A DNA stretch of 64,000 nucleotides, from NCBI RefSeq assembly GCF_036321535.1, contig NC_087436.1:85004001-85068000 (forward strand). The letters are read 5' to 3'. This DNA is from Camelus dromedarius (lineage: Eukaryota). The translations under genes were made by a program, and so were the position numbers. The notes beneath the pieces were generated by a model. It was not told the DNA's origin. It searched no databases and saw only the letters and a list, made by a program, of their open reading frames with translations. This document shows positions 25,701 through 38,640 of the stretch, one piece after another; position 1 is the first letter of the stretch, and each line of letters begins with the position of its first letter.

Positions 25701-26894
25701 CTGAAAGCAACATCAAGGGGAAGGACTTTTTAATAATGTTGCTTATTATTCCTGTAAATTGTTCAAAATAAATTTTATCAAGTAATTAGAGAAAATAAGA
25801 AAAGTTATCCTCTTCTATAAAGGATGTTGTATTTTTTAAACTTTGTGAGCTGCTACATCGTTACCAGGATAAAGTTAATTATCCTACAGTAGTAAGTCTT
25901 AAGAAATGTAGATGTATTTGCTCTATGGTCCTCCATTTCTCTGTATTCATTATTCTTTCATTGTCTTTTAGAAAAGTGTTTCTTCTGGGTTGATTTCACA
26001 GTACAGTGTAGTTCATCCAAAAGTCTTTCTAAGTTAAGAGATTTTCCTGGAAACAGAGAGGTTGCATCTACCTAGTTTGAAGACGTAAGTAGGATAAGGA
26101 ATAATTAGGATTATTGGAGTTACTATAAAACTCATGAAACATTATTGTTCAAAGAAAAGGCAAAGCAATTTCTAAACTGGGATTCATCCAGATTCCAGAG
26201 ATCTCTGTGGAGAGAGCTGAAAGGTATCCTTGTCACTAAATAATATATACCTGTCTTCAAAAATCAAATAGATCCCCAATCATTTGGTCATTTGTTTGTA
26301 ACTGCCACAAATGACTATCTCCCCTTGAGTCTGAACTCTGTAGCCCTACAATTGGCTTCTACTCTAAGTTTTACTTAGAGACCATAGGCTAAATTGAGTT
26401 TTTGCAGTAGTTTTCTTTTAATTTCCACAATCTCAGCAGAACTTTATTCTTCACTTTTAGATGTCCTTAAACAAAAATTTTCTCTATTTCAAATTGGAAA
26501 AATAGGGTGATATTTCTAAATGGATCATCCTGCATGAGTATAGGCAGTAAATAACAGGAAATTGGGAAGATTCATGACAAGGTGCAGATGGTCTTAGAAA
26601 AGATAGAACAGGACACAGAATTGTAAGCATTTTGTGAGTCTCTAAATCCTACAGCTGACACTGGATTAATAAATGCTCACTGAATGAATGAGTGAGCATC
26701 CTGTAAAACAGTTAGACAGAACAGGTCATCATTATTTCACAAATAGTATCCAGTTGCCATTATTTATATAATGAAGCTATTCATAGCTAACAGGTACATC
26801 AAAGTGACTATGAAAACCAACATTCCACACCTGGATTTTTTTTTTTTTTTTGTCTTAAGGACTGGGATGCCCAAGACAGTAAGGATATTATTAT

Positions 26895-27225
26895 TATTAT
26901 TTTTAATTGAGTTATAGTCAGTTTACAATGTTGTGTCAGTTTCTGGTGTACAGCACAATTTTTCAGTCATACATGATGGATTTTTTTAAAGCATTACCAA
27001 ACTTCTCTTTTTTTTTTTTTTCAAACTTCTCTTTTTTTATTGGAGTACAGTTCATTTACAGTGATTCAGGTATACAACAAAGTGATTCAGTTATACATAC
27101 ATACATACATATCTATTCTTTTTCAGATACTTTTCCATTATAAGTTATTATAAGATATTGAATATAGTTCCCTGTGCTGTGCAGTAGATCCTTGTTGCTT
27201 ATTTTATTTATAGTAGTATGCATCT
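26895..27225 (-). mobile_element. Short LINE-1 3'-end fragments
   Basis: TTTACAATGTTGTGTCAGTTTCTGGTGTACAGC and GATATTGAATATAGTTCCCTGTGC motifs. Confidence 0.75.
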
Positions 27226-27504
27226 TCATCTTGGTTTTAGGAAGTATTTTCTGTCCTGAAAAATTACAGCTAATCACTATAGCATGGTGATTGATACAGA
27301 CGTGTCTTAGGTGAATACCTTCACAAAGTTTGAGAGGAGGATTTTTCATAGTTACCAAGAACATCCAGGAATTAAATGACAATATTTGGATACTTCATGC
27401 CAAAAATAGACATATTTTTCTTATGCTAAATTGCATAGACTGCCACCATCCTTTGCAACAGGTCATTATTATTGTATCTTTTAAAAAGGAAGATTTCTTT
27501 CTTT

Positions 27505-27805
27505 AAAAAAAATTGTGATATAATTGATATGCCATAAAATTCATCCTTTAAAAACGTAGAATTCAGTGGTTTTTAGTATATTCACATTACCACTCTCTAA
27601 TTCGAGAATGATTTCATCATTCAAAAGGAACCCCCATACTTATTAACAGTCACCGTTCTCTTTCCACAGCCCCTGGAAACCACTAATCTATTTTCTGTCT
27701 CTATGGAGTTGCCTCTTCTGGGTATTATGTATAAATGGAATCATACAATATGTAGCCTTTTGTTTCTGGCTTCTTTCAGTAAGAGTAATGTTTTCAAGTT
27801 TCATC
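27505..27805 (-). mobile_element. Old LINE-1 3' end (L1MB-like)
   Basis: AACCACTAATCTATTTTCTGTCTCTATGG...AAATGGAATCATACAATATGTAGCC. Confidence 0.75.
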
Positions 27806-29743
27806 CCTGGGGCTCTTTTTTCACAGGCTTTCCATGACTGGTTTCTTCTCATCTTTCAGGCCTCTTGTATCATCTCCCTCAGAGAGGCAACCCATGATAA
27901 TCCTGTGTCAAGTATCTTCTCCCCAACTCCCAGCCACCTTCTATTATTTCATTACCCTGTTTTAATTTCCTTGTAGCATTTACTACTATCTGAAAATCTT
28001 TTGTTAACTTGCTTACTATCTGCCTCTCCTTGAAAATCTGTCAGTTCCATGAAGGCAGAGACTTTAACGACTTGATCACTGCTACATGCCCAGCTTCTAG
28101 AAGGGAGCCTAGAAGGTGCTCAATTCATATTTGAAGGAATGCAAGTCTATCTTGCCTAACCCCTAAATCTTCCAGCTCTTGCCCCTAGTCTCAGCTCCTA
28201 AAGCTGGATCTCTTTACATGTTACTGGACTTTGCTATTGCCAACTACTGCCTGACTGAATTTCTGTCTATTGTTGACTCTCCCATACTCCTGACATTCAA
28301 CCATTCTCCCCTTCCTAATGCTCTCTGTGATGACTTTTCTATTGTAAGCTAACATGTCTCACTGATTTGCAGGTCTATGTTCTAACTGAGACTTCATTTT
28401 TACAGGTTGTAAGCAGAAAGCAATGTCCAGTTGCCAATTTCCAAGAGATGAATAGGTGAGAAGAATCATCATGGTACCCAGAATCAAACTTTCAGTCTTG
28501 AACAGAGTAAGTGGAAATGCTTTAGATGCTGCACTACACCTGGGGGTATATACTGATGTATAATCTCAGTTCAAATGAATGTGAACTTCTAAATGGAATA
28601 TTTGAACAAAAGAAGACCTTTGGAATTAGCTTCCTTCCATTTAGTCATTTGTGGGATTCCCCAACCTTTGCTCCTAGTGTCTGTTTTCCCTCATTCCCCA
28701 ATTCATCTTCTCTTATCTACAAGTTTTTCTTAACCAGTTCTTCAAAAATAATGACTCATACAGTAAGTAAAGGAAAAGCCATGAATAGGGAGGAAATAAT
28801 GGCTACACATTTAACCAACAAAAGCTCCAGATGCATAAAGCATTTCTATAATGGGTAAGAAGAAAACTAACAACCTAATGGGGAAAAATGAGCAAAAGAA
28901 ACAAATGAACTGAAGATAAAACAATAATGCCAATACATTTGCGAAAAGATATTCAGCCCCATTAGCAGTGGACATTGCAAATTAAATCCACAATGAGATG
29001 CCACATCCACCAGACAGGCAAAGATTTTTGCAAGGATGTACAACAACGGAAACTTCACGCACTGCTGGTGGAGTGTAAATTGGAACAACACATTGGAAAA
29101 CAATTTAGGGTTTAACTAGATTATCCCCTATGACCTAATAACTCCACTGCTAGGGGTATAACTCAGAAAGCTCTCGCACATTTGTACCAAGGGCCATGTA
29201 CAAGAACATCCAGAGCAGCCTGGTTTATGCAGGAAAAAACTTGTAGTACATGAGTCATTTCTTTTCTTGACCTGCTGGGGGTATAAAAAGCATCGAGCCC
29301 ACTATTTCCAGGCTTCTCTGTTTTCACTGATGTCTCACCCGACATAGGCAGCTGAGACTAGTGATCTTTCAGTGTGCCTCCAGGAGACACAAGGAAGGCA
29401 ATGGGAAGCCAGACCCCCCTCCACCTGCCCACATCCTTATGTCATTTACATCCTTTGTATTATTACTCTTTTACTTCTTTGGGAATAAATCGAAGTACAA
29501 GAATTCTTGAATCAAATCTGTTCTCATCCATCCTTGAACCTGGACCAGACTCTATAATCTGGCCTTGCACACATGCTTCATGGATATAAAGAACTTAAAA
29601 GTGATAGCCATTATTTTTTCACTTTGCCTATCAGGGTTATTTTCTTGCCTCTCTGTATTTCTGATAGAGCACTATCCCATTAGGCCTTGTCATACAGCTA
29701 TTTGAGTCTGGGTTTGGGGTCCTTTACCAAATTGTAATTTCCT

Positions 29744-29874
29744 CTTTTTTTTTTTTTCTGGTGGTGGTGGAGAGGAGATAATTAGGTTTGTTCATTTAAT
29801 GGAGATACTGGGGATTGAACCCTGGACCGCATGCATGCTAGGCATGTACTCTGCTGCTGAGCTTTACTCTCCCC
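29744..29874 (-). mobile_element. tRNA-derived SINE (vic-1-like)
   Basis: GGGGATTGAACCC B-box on the + strand reading; poly-T tail; TSD TGTAATTTCCT. Confidence 0.85.
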
Positions 29875-29886
29875 TGTAATTTCCTT

Positions 29887-30118
29887 TTGTAATTTGGTGC
29901 AACATTTGGTGCTACTATGGAAAGCAGTATGGAGATTCCTTAAAAAACTAAAAAGAGATTTGTGATCTAGCAATACTATTCCTGGGCATGCATTCGGAGA
30001 AAACACTAATTGGAAAAGATACATGCACCCCAGTGTTCATAGCAGCACTATTTACAAAAGCCAAGACATGGAAGTATTCTAAATATCCATTAACAGATGA
30101 ATGGATAAAGAAGATGTG

Positions 30119-30161
<43 letters not shown>

Positions 30162-30590
30162 GGAATACTACTCAGCCATAAAAAGAGTGAAATAATGCCA
30201 TTTGCAACAACATGGATGGACCTAGAGATTATCATACTAAGTGAAGTAAGTCAGAGAAAGACAAATATCATATGATATCACTTATATGTGGAATCTAGAA
30301 AATGATACAAATGAACTTATTTACAAAACAGAGACTCACAGACATAGAAAACAAACTTATGGTTACCAAAGGGGAAAGAGGGGGGAAGGATAAATTAGGA
30401 GTGGGATTAGCAGATACAAACTACTATACGTAAAATAGGTGAACAACAAGATCCTACTGTATAACGCAGAAAACTATATTCAATACCTTGTAATAACCTA
30501 TAATGAAAAAGAATACATATGTGTATAACTGAATCACTCTACTGTACACTAGAAACTAACACAACATTATAAATCAACTATACTTCAAAA
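29887..30590 (+). mobile_element. 5'-truncated LINE-1 (ORF2 C-terminus plus 3' UTR)
   Basis: ORF KDTCTPVFIAALFTKAKTWK..DEWIKKMW; (GT)n(AT)n inside; A tail and TSD. Confidence 0.9.
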
Positions 30591-31309
30591 AAATTGTCAT
30601 TTCCTTTAGGAAGATTACTAAATGTTGTATCTTTGAGGACAAGCCTTGACTGCAGTGGATTGCATAGTTCATGTTTCGTACATTAAAGCCCCTAATTTAG
30701 AGAAGAAACACCTTCACAGAGTAGAATGGCCAGTGGTTCCCTCACATGATGATATCTTTGGGCAGATTGCCTATTATCTCTAAGCATCGTCAAATGAGAA
30801 TCATAATACTCTTACATCCCAGAGACACCATGAATATTACATGAGATCGCATGGGAGAGTGCCTGACAGAAAGATGTCCCTTAAGAAATGTAAATGTGTT
30901 TCCTTCCTATCCTTTCCTCAGCATTCCTTTCAAAAGGGGGTCAGATAAGTTTCATCTAATTTCTTTCTGGAGAAGGAAATTAAACCTGGAAGAGGCTGCC
31001 TGGGGCGGGGGTGGGGGGGTTGGGGTGGTGGATGTTTCCACTTAGGAAGGAAGGTTTGGGGAGGGATAAACAGGTTACTCTGGAAATCAGAATGCATCAG
31101 CTAGGGAGTGACAGCAGGAGAAATGCATAGAAAAAGGAGTTGACTTGGAAATCCACAGGGCAGCCAGAGACCTTCTAGAACTGTTAGAAACGTGTGCGGT
31201 CAAGCCCCAGCCGTCCTTTCTTCCTGACCTTCTTTAACAGACAGCTGCATTCCTGGAAAGGCCTCAGACCTGGCAGGAATTTGGGGAACACCATCACCTC
31301 TGAACCAGT

Positions 31310-32290
31310 TTCGCTCTAACACGCCCCGGGCGTTGTGCTAGGGGCTGGGGGATTGGAGAGGGAACAGAACAGAAGTGCGTGGACAGAGGTGGCTACGGGA
31401 GCTGTGGGACAGGAGGCACCGCACAGTCGGTTGGGGTAGAGAAGGCTTCACCGGGAGGGTGAAGAAGGGGCATCAGAGGCAGAGTGTCGCAACCACCAAG
31501 TTTGCAAACCGGGATCCCAGCCTCTTGAGGCCGCCTGGTTTGCCATCCCCATCCAGCTCCAAATCCTTTCAAAGAAGAGAATGGACTTGCATTGTTTTAA
31601 TTCCATTCCCCTCTCTCTCAGAGCCCCTAGGGCGGGGAGACCGAAAAGGCGTGGTACCCTGAGTCAGAAACTTCTGCGTGGGGCGCGGGTCCCGCTGCGG
31701 GATGGGGCGGGGGCTGGAAGCGGGTAGGGAGTGACGCGAGGGAGGCCGGGGGCGGCGAGGTGACGCGCGTGGGGACCTCGCCGCCTCAGCCCACGTGTCC
31801 GCGAGATTTAAAAGTTGGCAGCGCGCAGGGCGGTCAGTCTGGCCGCCGAGCCGGGCGAGCAGCGCGCCAGGGACGCAGAGGCTCGGCCACAGCATAGCGT
31901 GGAGCGCGGGTCGGTGTAGCTCAGGGTCCCGGGCCCCCAGCCGCCAGCAGGAGCCAACATGCCGCGAGCAGCAAGGCAGGTGGCCGCTGCGTCCCCGCTC
32001 CTGCTACTCTTACTGCTCGCCTGTTGCGCGGGCCGCTGCCGAGGTAAGCCCACCTCGCGACTCCTGGGGCACCCGCGCCGCGGTCGTGTCCCGCGCCGCT
32101 TCTCCCTGCTGCGATCGCCGCCCTCCCTTTCTCATCTCTTCTCTTGGCTCCTGGGATTTGCCACCCCCTGGAGCTGCGGGGCCCTCCAGGTTCTCTCTCT
32201 TAACCAGCGGCGCCGTTCGCCACCCCAGGGCAGCCAGCGGCTCAGGTCCCAGTAGCCCGGCTTGAGCAAGGACCTGGGCCTGGCCGAAAT
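31310..32290. promoter_or_regulatory. NMU: CpG island / NMU promoter and exon 1 region
   Basis: Abrupt GC- and CpG-rich segment in AT-rich DNA. Contains AP-1 TGAGTCA 31660-31666, GC box GGGGCGGGG 31704-31712, CRE half-sites TGACG 31732-31736 and 31761-31765, E-box CACGTG 31792-31797 and TATA-like ATTTAAAA 31806-31813. Boundaries approximate. Confidence 0.9.
31959..32043 (+). CDS. NMU: Neuromedin U precursor, coding exon 1 (signal peptide MPRAARQVAAASPLLLLLLLACCAGRCR-G)
   Basis: ATG in context CCAACATGC; poly-Leu h-region; QVAAASPLLLLLLL matches the recalled NMU signal peptide; donor G|GTAAGC, phase 1. Confidence 0.96.
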
Positions 32291-35200
32291 CCCCAGGCTG
32301 GGCAGCCTTCAGGTGGTGGAAACTTGTAGAGCTCCCTCAACTAGGGATGTCCAGCTCTCGTAGCCCATTGGTAACGGGAATTAAAACAGTGAAAATTAAG
32401 ATGTTTTTCCTTTGATTGCAATTACTGGATGGTGAAGCAAAACTAGAGTGAGGTTGATACCTCACCTGCTGATGCCAGGTGAGTTTGGAAAGTGCTCAGC
32501 TTCCTTGGTGAGTGAGCTCCGGTTCTGTTCAGATAATCCTGAGCAGTAACAGGCCCCGCTGTAGCTTTCCAGTATTGATGGCGAAAGTGTAGGCTCTGTG
32601 CCTCATAGGTTTTCAGACATTACATCAGGAAAACGAGTAGAGAGACTTTCTCATCATACAGAGCTCGGGAAGCAAGTGTACAAGCCGGGCTTTCAGTCAT
32701 TGCTACAGCTAAAACCACTAAAGGCAGATGCAGTTTGATAGCAGTAGGGACTTCCTGAACCTGGCTTAGAGGAGAGATGTGGGAAAAGCAAAATCAAGGA
32801 CGGAGAGGGGTTTCTGAAGCCTGGGATTCAGGATAGAGCAGATACAATGTGTTCCAGTGGAGAGATCACTTCCCAGTTCTCTTAAGGTTACCTTTCCAGG
32901 TATCTCCAGGGGACCATCATTCGCCTCCCAGCCCTGAGCCAGGGGCCCCTCTAGGGCCAGTCACTGCCCTGCTAGGACCATGAATTTTCTAGCTTCGCAA
33001 CAGGTTCTCTTAGCTTCCTTCGGCTCTGCTGTCAGTGAGATAACAGTGGGCTGACTGTTCAGAAGTTAAGGATTTGAAACCATAACTGCAGGGACCTGGC
33101 AGAGCACTTAGACCATCCCTCAATTAGATGTGGGGAAACTGAAGATATTTCTTCCCTAATGTACTTGTTTTTGTTGCTGTCCTCTCATTGTTTTGATTTG
33201 CCCCTTTGCTTAAGGCTTTGGAGGTGGGGGTGGGGGACCTTCCCTGCTTGAAAGGCAAGGTAATTTGGCTTTGAAATCTAAGCATTCAGAAGCTAGGAGA
33301 CCTAAACCTTCTCCATCACATACCCAGCAGTAATGCAACATGACATGCAAAGTAATGTTAATCTGTTTCAATTTTAAATCTGTTGTTGGTAAAATTATGA
33401 TGGTAATAATTATCTACCTTATTAAGGAAACATAACTCTAATTTTAAAAGTGGCTTTTTCTGTAAAGCAAATGTACTTTCTGTGCATGTTACATGCTATA
33501 TGCCTGCAGTAATTTTTGTATCAGTGGATGATAACTGGTTTTTTGGGTGGTGGGGGAGACTTTCAGGCTGCTGGTGATTGAGCAGAAACTATGAAAAGCC
33601 AGAGCTAATATCTAAAAAAGGCAAGTCTTGGGCTTTCTTTCTGAAAGAGCATGTCGGCCGGCCTACCAATCGTCTCATAAATATCCCCAGTATTTCTCAA
33701 GCAAAGGGAGGAGATACCTCTTACCCTACACAGAGACCCTCTAGACTACTCCTTTGTGCCTTCTTTCCCCTTCAGACCTGCTCTTGATACTATAAAATTA
33801 ATTTTATCTCTCTAAAAATGTGATGAGGAGGAAAGAGGGTGAATTTACCCTCCTTTGATCTGCCCTGGTGATCTGCCTTAGTCCTGAGCCCCTAAAGATA
33901 GCACTGGGGGGTACGCATGACATGTATAAGCAAAGCTGGGAGATAATCTACCAAGATTAATGATTATGCAAGATGCAAAAAGATGCATCGAAAAACAATA
34001 AAGCACATACCACAAAGCCAGAGGAAAATAAAATAGTGCCAATAAGTACAGATCTTTGGCAAAAATGAGTTAGCAGACTATGTACTAGCAATAAGATAAA
34101 GCCACCGAATCTGTGGCTGGAAACGGTTTACTATTCAGAGAACATTAAAATAAAGAAGAAAATTTCCTAAAAGAGGGGCATATTTGGATACCTGCAACAA
34201 ACCGTCACTTGATGTGTCCTGTGACAATTAAGTGATCAAGTGTCCAAGACTTAATTAAGAAGTGTCTTCTCCTACTCAGGCCCCTGCTCATGGAATAATT
34301 CTTAAAATTCAGTCAGCAGTGACAATTTCTCACTTCCAAATCCTACGCTAGTTGAGTACTAGCAATGAGAAAAGGAAATTGGCACTTTTAGAATAATCGT
34401 CTGTTTTTCTTTCTCTTACACATAGTGTATTTACAGAAGCACACGTTCTCTATCCATATTATTTGTATCAGTTAAATTGTACAGTATAAGACTAAAGATT
34501 GCATTTCACTACATAGTATGAAGTATAAATATCTTGAACCTGACTGATCAGAAGCAGTGCAGCTTTGTGATGTAGAAGATAGTGGTGTTGTCTCTGACAG
34601 TATTTAGGAAAGCATCTCCTATTTGATGGTAGAGAGCCCACATCTAGGATATAATGAGAGGAAAAAAATCACATCAACTTTATAAATAACAAATAGAGAA
34701 AGGGGGACATTTTTTCCTTTGGATTTGGTCATAGGATATAAGTGGTTTTCTATAAAGTATAGATAAACATTAAAATTTTTTGGCATCTCTACCCTTTTTA
34801 CCCTGATACTGTGTTTGCATGTTTTGTGTAAAAGCCACAAGGTACCCCTTTTGATTATATAAGTACCTGGGTCTAGTTAGACATGATGACAATTTTGGTG
34901 TGGCCCATGCAAGCTTGGGGACATGGAAGGAGGCAAACTCTTAACGGTCTTGTCAAGGTAGTGTGGAGGTAGGAGATGGCCAGGAGGAAAAAGAATATGA
35001 AATTATGTTCTTTAAACAGCCGTGCCCTGTCAAACAGAAACTAACAGTGGTATGACGAATGGAGAAATCAGAAGTACAAGCAGCAAGTGGAATCCTTTGT
35101 ATTTTTCCTTGCATCATAGTTAACTCTGGTTCTCTTAGATCAAATACTGCTCTCTCCCTCCATTGCTCTTTTTTTTTTTCAATTTTTCAAAGTTCACTCT

Positions 35201-35409
35201 TAGTAACGGCAGATGTGTACTGCATCCAAGTTGTAAGGAATGGGCCTATGGCCTTTTAGATTTTTTTCATGAGAACAGTCGTATCCCTGTTTTGGAAATA
35301 TTCAGACTTGTTAAAGAGCTTAGACCTAAAACGTTTGTTTGAGCTACCTAGTTCTGTCAAATACTAGGTATCCTCCGTTTATTTCTAAAATGCAGTGCTA
35401 ACTCCACTG

Positions 35410-35560
35410 GCTATTCAGTGTTATCCATGGACCAGCAGTATCTGTAGCACCAGGGAGCTTGCTAGAAATGCAGACTCTTGGGCCTGTTCCCAGCTGACTG
35501 AATCAGAATCTCATTTAGAAGATCACCAGTTGTTTTGCATGAATATTTGAGAAGCACAGC
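35410..35560 (+). mobile_element. MER5A-like DNA transposon remnant
   Basis: GGAGCTTGCTAGAAATGCAGA...GAATCAGAATCT...TTTGAGAAGCAC. Confidence 0.7.
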
Positions 35561-36003
35561 TTTATCCCTTCCTGAAAACAAAATCAGCTCAGAGTGATAT
35601 CCACCAGACAACAATAACTTTGGGATATACATCTGTGCTAAGGTGAGAAATATATAATTGAGAAGTGTTTAAGATTGTTTGTCCACCTTGAATAGCAGTC
35701 CCATGTAAGAGGATTCCAATCAATCAACTCTCTACCACGGACTACATGACTCCAGTAAGTGACTTCTAAGGCTGAGTACAGAAAATGTAGTTAAATACTA
35801 TTAATATTATTAGAGCTTAGATTAAATAATAGTACAAATCTGTGAGAACTCAAGGCAAGACATGACTGAAAGTGGTATAATTAGGGTAAAAAAATCCATC
35901 AGGATTTGGATTCAGCCAGACCTGGTTTGTAGTCAGCTTCTGCTAAGTATGTATTTCCTGAGACAAATTACTTAATCCTTCTTTCCTTCAGTTTCCTCAT
36001 CTT

Positions 36004-37462
36004 TTTTTTTCTTTTTTAACATTTTTTATTGATTTATAATCATTTTACAATGTTGTGTCAAGTTCCAATGTAGAGCACAATTTTTCAATTATACATGAAC
36101 ATATATATATTCATTGTCACATTCCTTTCTCTGTGAGCTACCATAAGATCTTGTATATATTTCCCTGTGCTATACAGTATAATCTTGTTTATCTATTCTA
36201 CAATTTTGAAATCCCAGTCTATCTCTTCCCACCCCCCACCCCCTTGGCAACCACAAGTCTGTATTCTATGTCTATGAGTCTATTTCTGTTCTGTATTTAT
36301 GCTTTGTTTGTTGTTGTTGTTGTTGTTTAGATCCCACATATGAGCGATCTCATATGGTATTTTTCTTTCTCTTTCTGGCTTACTTCACTTAGAATGACAT
36401 TCTCCAGGAGCATCCATGTTGCTGCAAATGGCGTTATGTTGTCGGTTTTTATGGCTAAGTAGTATTCCAATGTATAAATATACCACATCTTCTTTATCCC
36501 GTCATCTGTTGGTGGACATTTAGGCTGTTTCCATGTCTTGGCTATTGTAAATAGTGCTGCTATGAACATTGGGGCGCAGGTGTCATCCTGAAGAAGGGTT
36601 CCTTCTGGATATAAGCCCAGGAGCAGGATTCCTGGGTCATATGTTAAGTGTATTCCTAGTCTTTTGAGGAGTCTCCATACTGTTTTCCACAGTGGCTGCA
36701 CCAAACTGCATTCCCACCAGCAGTGTAGGAGGATTCCCTTTTCTCCACAGCCTCTCCAGCATTTGTCCTTTGTGGACTTTTGAATGATGGCCATTCTGAC
36801 TGGTGTGAGGTGATACCTCATTGTAGTTTTGATTTGCATTTCTCTGATAATTAGTGATATTGAGCATTTTTCATGTGCCTATTGATCATTTGTATGTCTT
36901 CCTTGGAGAATTGCTTGTTTAGGTCTTCTGCCCATTTTTGGATTGGGTTGTTTATTTTCTTCTTATTGAGTTGTATGAGCTGCTTATATATTCTGGAGAT
37001 CAGGCCTTTGTCAGTTTCATTTGCAAAAATTTTTTCCCATTCCGTAGGTTGTCTTTTTGTTTTACTTATGGTTTCCTTTGCTGTGCAGAAGCTTGTAAGT
37101 TTCATTAGGTCCCATTTGTTTATTCTTGCTTTTATTTCTTCTAGGAGAAAATTTTTGAGATGTATGTCAGATAATGTTTTGCCTATATTTTCCTCTAGAA
37201 GGTTTATTGTATTTGTCTTACGTTTAAGTCTTTGATCCATTTTGAGTTGATTTTTGTGTATGGTGTAAGGGAGTGTTCTAGCTTCATTGTTTTACATGCT
37301 GCTGTCCAGTTTTCCCAACACCATGTGCTGAAGGGACTGTCTTTATTCCATTGTATATTCTTGCCTCCTTCGTCGAAGATTAGTTGACCAAAAGTTTGTG
37401 GGTTCATTTCTGGGCTCTCTATTCTGTTCCATTGCTCTATATGTCTGTTTTTGCACCAATAC
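36004..37462 (-). mobile_element. Young lineage-specific LINE-1, 5'-truncated, inserted in a MIR in NMU intron 1
   Basis: Three consecutive ORF2 fragments (37204-37407, 36851-37240, 36327-36839); poly-T at 36002; perfect TSD CAGTTTCCTCATCTT at 35989-36003 and 37463-37477. Confidence 0.95.
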
Positions 37463-37973
37463 CAGTTTCCTCATCTTAAAGTGGGAATAAGGAGAATAGC
37501 TATCTTAAAAGGCTGGTATGAAGGTTGAAGTGCCTGGTACCAATCAGTGTTAGCAGGTGCTGTGTTTATTTTTTAAAAGGTTCTCTAAGTCTGTTTTTTT
37601 AAGTATTTGATTTTACTGCATTTGAAATCTTAGACATATTTACAGTCTTCTTCTAAAGGATGTTTTCTTGATTTTAGTAAACGCAAGTGTATACATATAA
37701 GAAAATAAATAGTAATTGCATTTAATATTTATAACTTATGTAGCGTGAATTAGAAAATTAAACCGATGAAGAAAATGTTGTTTTTAGAGGATGTTAAGTA
37801 GTTAACGTTTTATTTCAACAATAACTAAGGCCTTAAGAAGTTATTCTTTTTAAAAAGATCTTTATTGAGATATAGATTATGATACATACATGTATACATG
37901 TATTATAAACTATATCTGTTTTAAGTATACAACTCAGTGATTTTTAAGTCGGTTTAAAGAGTTGGGCAGCCAT

Positions 37974-38640
37974 TTGCCTGTGATGACTATGGTGAACACT
38001 GCTGTGTGGTGTATTTGAAAGTTAAGACAGGAGATCCTGAGAGTTCCCATCACAAAGAAAAGAAACTTTTTTTTTCTTTTTTTGTATCGATATGAGATGA
38101 CAGATGTTAACTAAATTTATTGTGTATCATTTCACAATATAAGTCAAATCATTATGCTATAAACCTTAAACTTACACAGTGCTGTATGTCAGTTACATCT
38201 CTGTAAAAGTGGGAAGAAAAAAACAGAAGAAAAAAAAAGATCCTCACTCATCAGAGTTAACATGCTATAACATCATACCATTTAAATAAATTTTACCTGA
38301 TACTTCATCATCCAAATTCTATTTCAGGATCACATTCTGAATACCCTAGAGGCATTGTCTTACTTAAAAAATGTTATTTCAATTAGTTGAATACCATTCT
38401 TTACAAGATTTAAGTCAAACCAGGGTGAGCACTAAATCCAAACCAAAAAAATATGTCTATAATAAATTTTTGCTCCTGCATTATTTATTCATAATAGCAC
38501 AGGTAACTCTTCAAGCAATCTGAATTAAGTAGAATTGATTTATCACTTTTTTATGCTCTGTTGTACAAACCTTTTTGTACTTTTACTTCTCCTTAATAAA
38601 TACAATATTGATTCATTTCCACCCAAAAAAAAGAAAAAAG
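37974..38640 (+). mobile_element. LINE-1 3' end plus about 385 bp of unique polyadenylated tail (probable 3' transduction)
   Basis: L1 3' UTR 37974-38215, A-tract, unique DNA, AATAAA 38595-38600, second A-tract from 38625, degenerate 18-bp TSD. Confidence 0.7.

Noticed and set aside
31375..32265. Several overlapping ORFs (81-156 aa) in the CpG island
   Set aside because: GC-rich DNA has few stops; only 31959-32043 matches NMU, and the ORF-track extension beyond 32043 is intron read-through
36327..37407. 170/129/67-aa ORFs as a host gene
   Set aside because: They are frameshifted L1 ORF2 fragments within a TSD-flanked insertion
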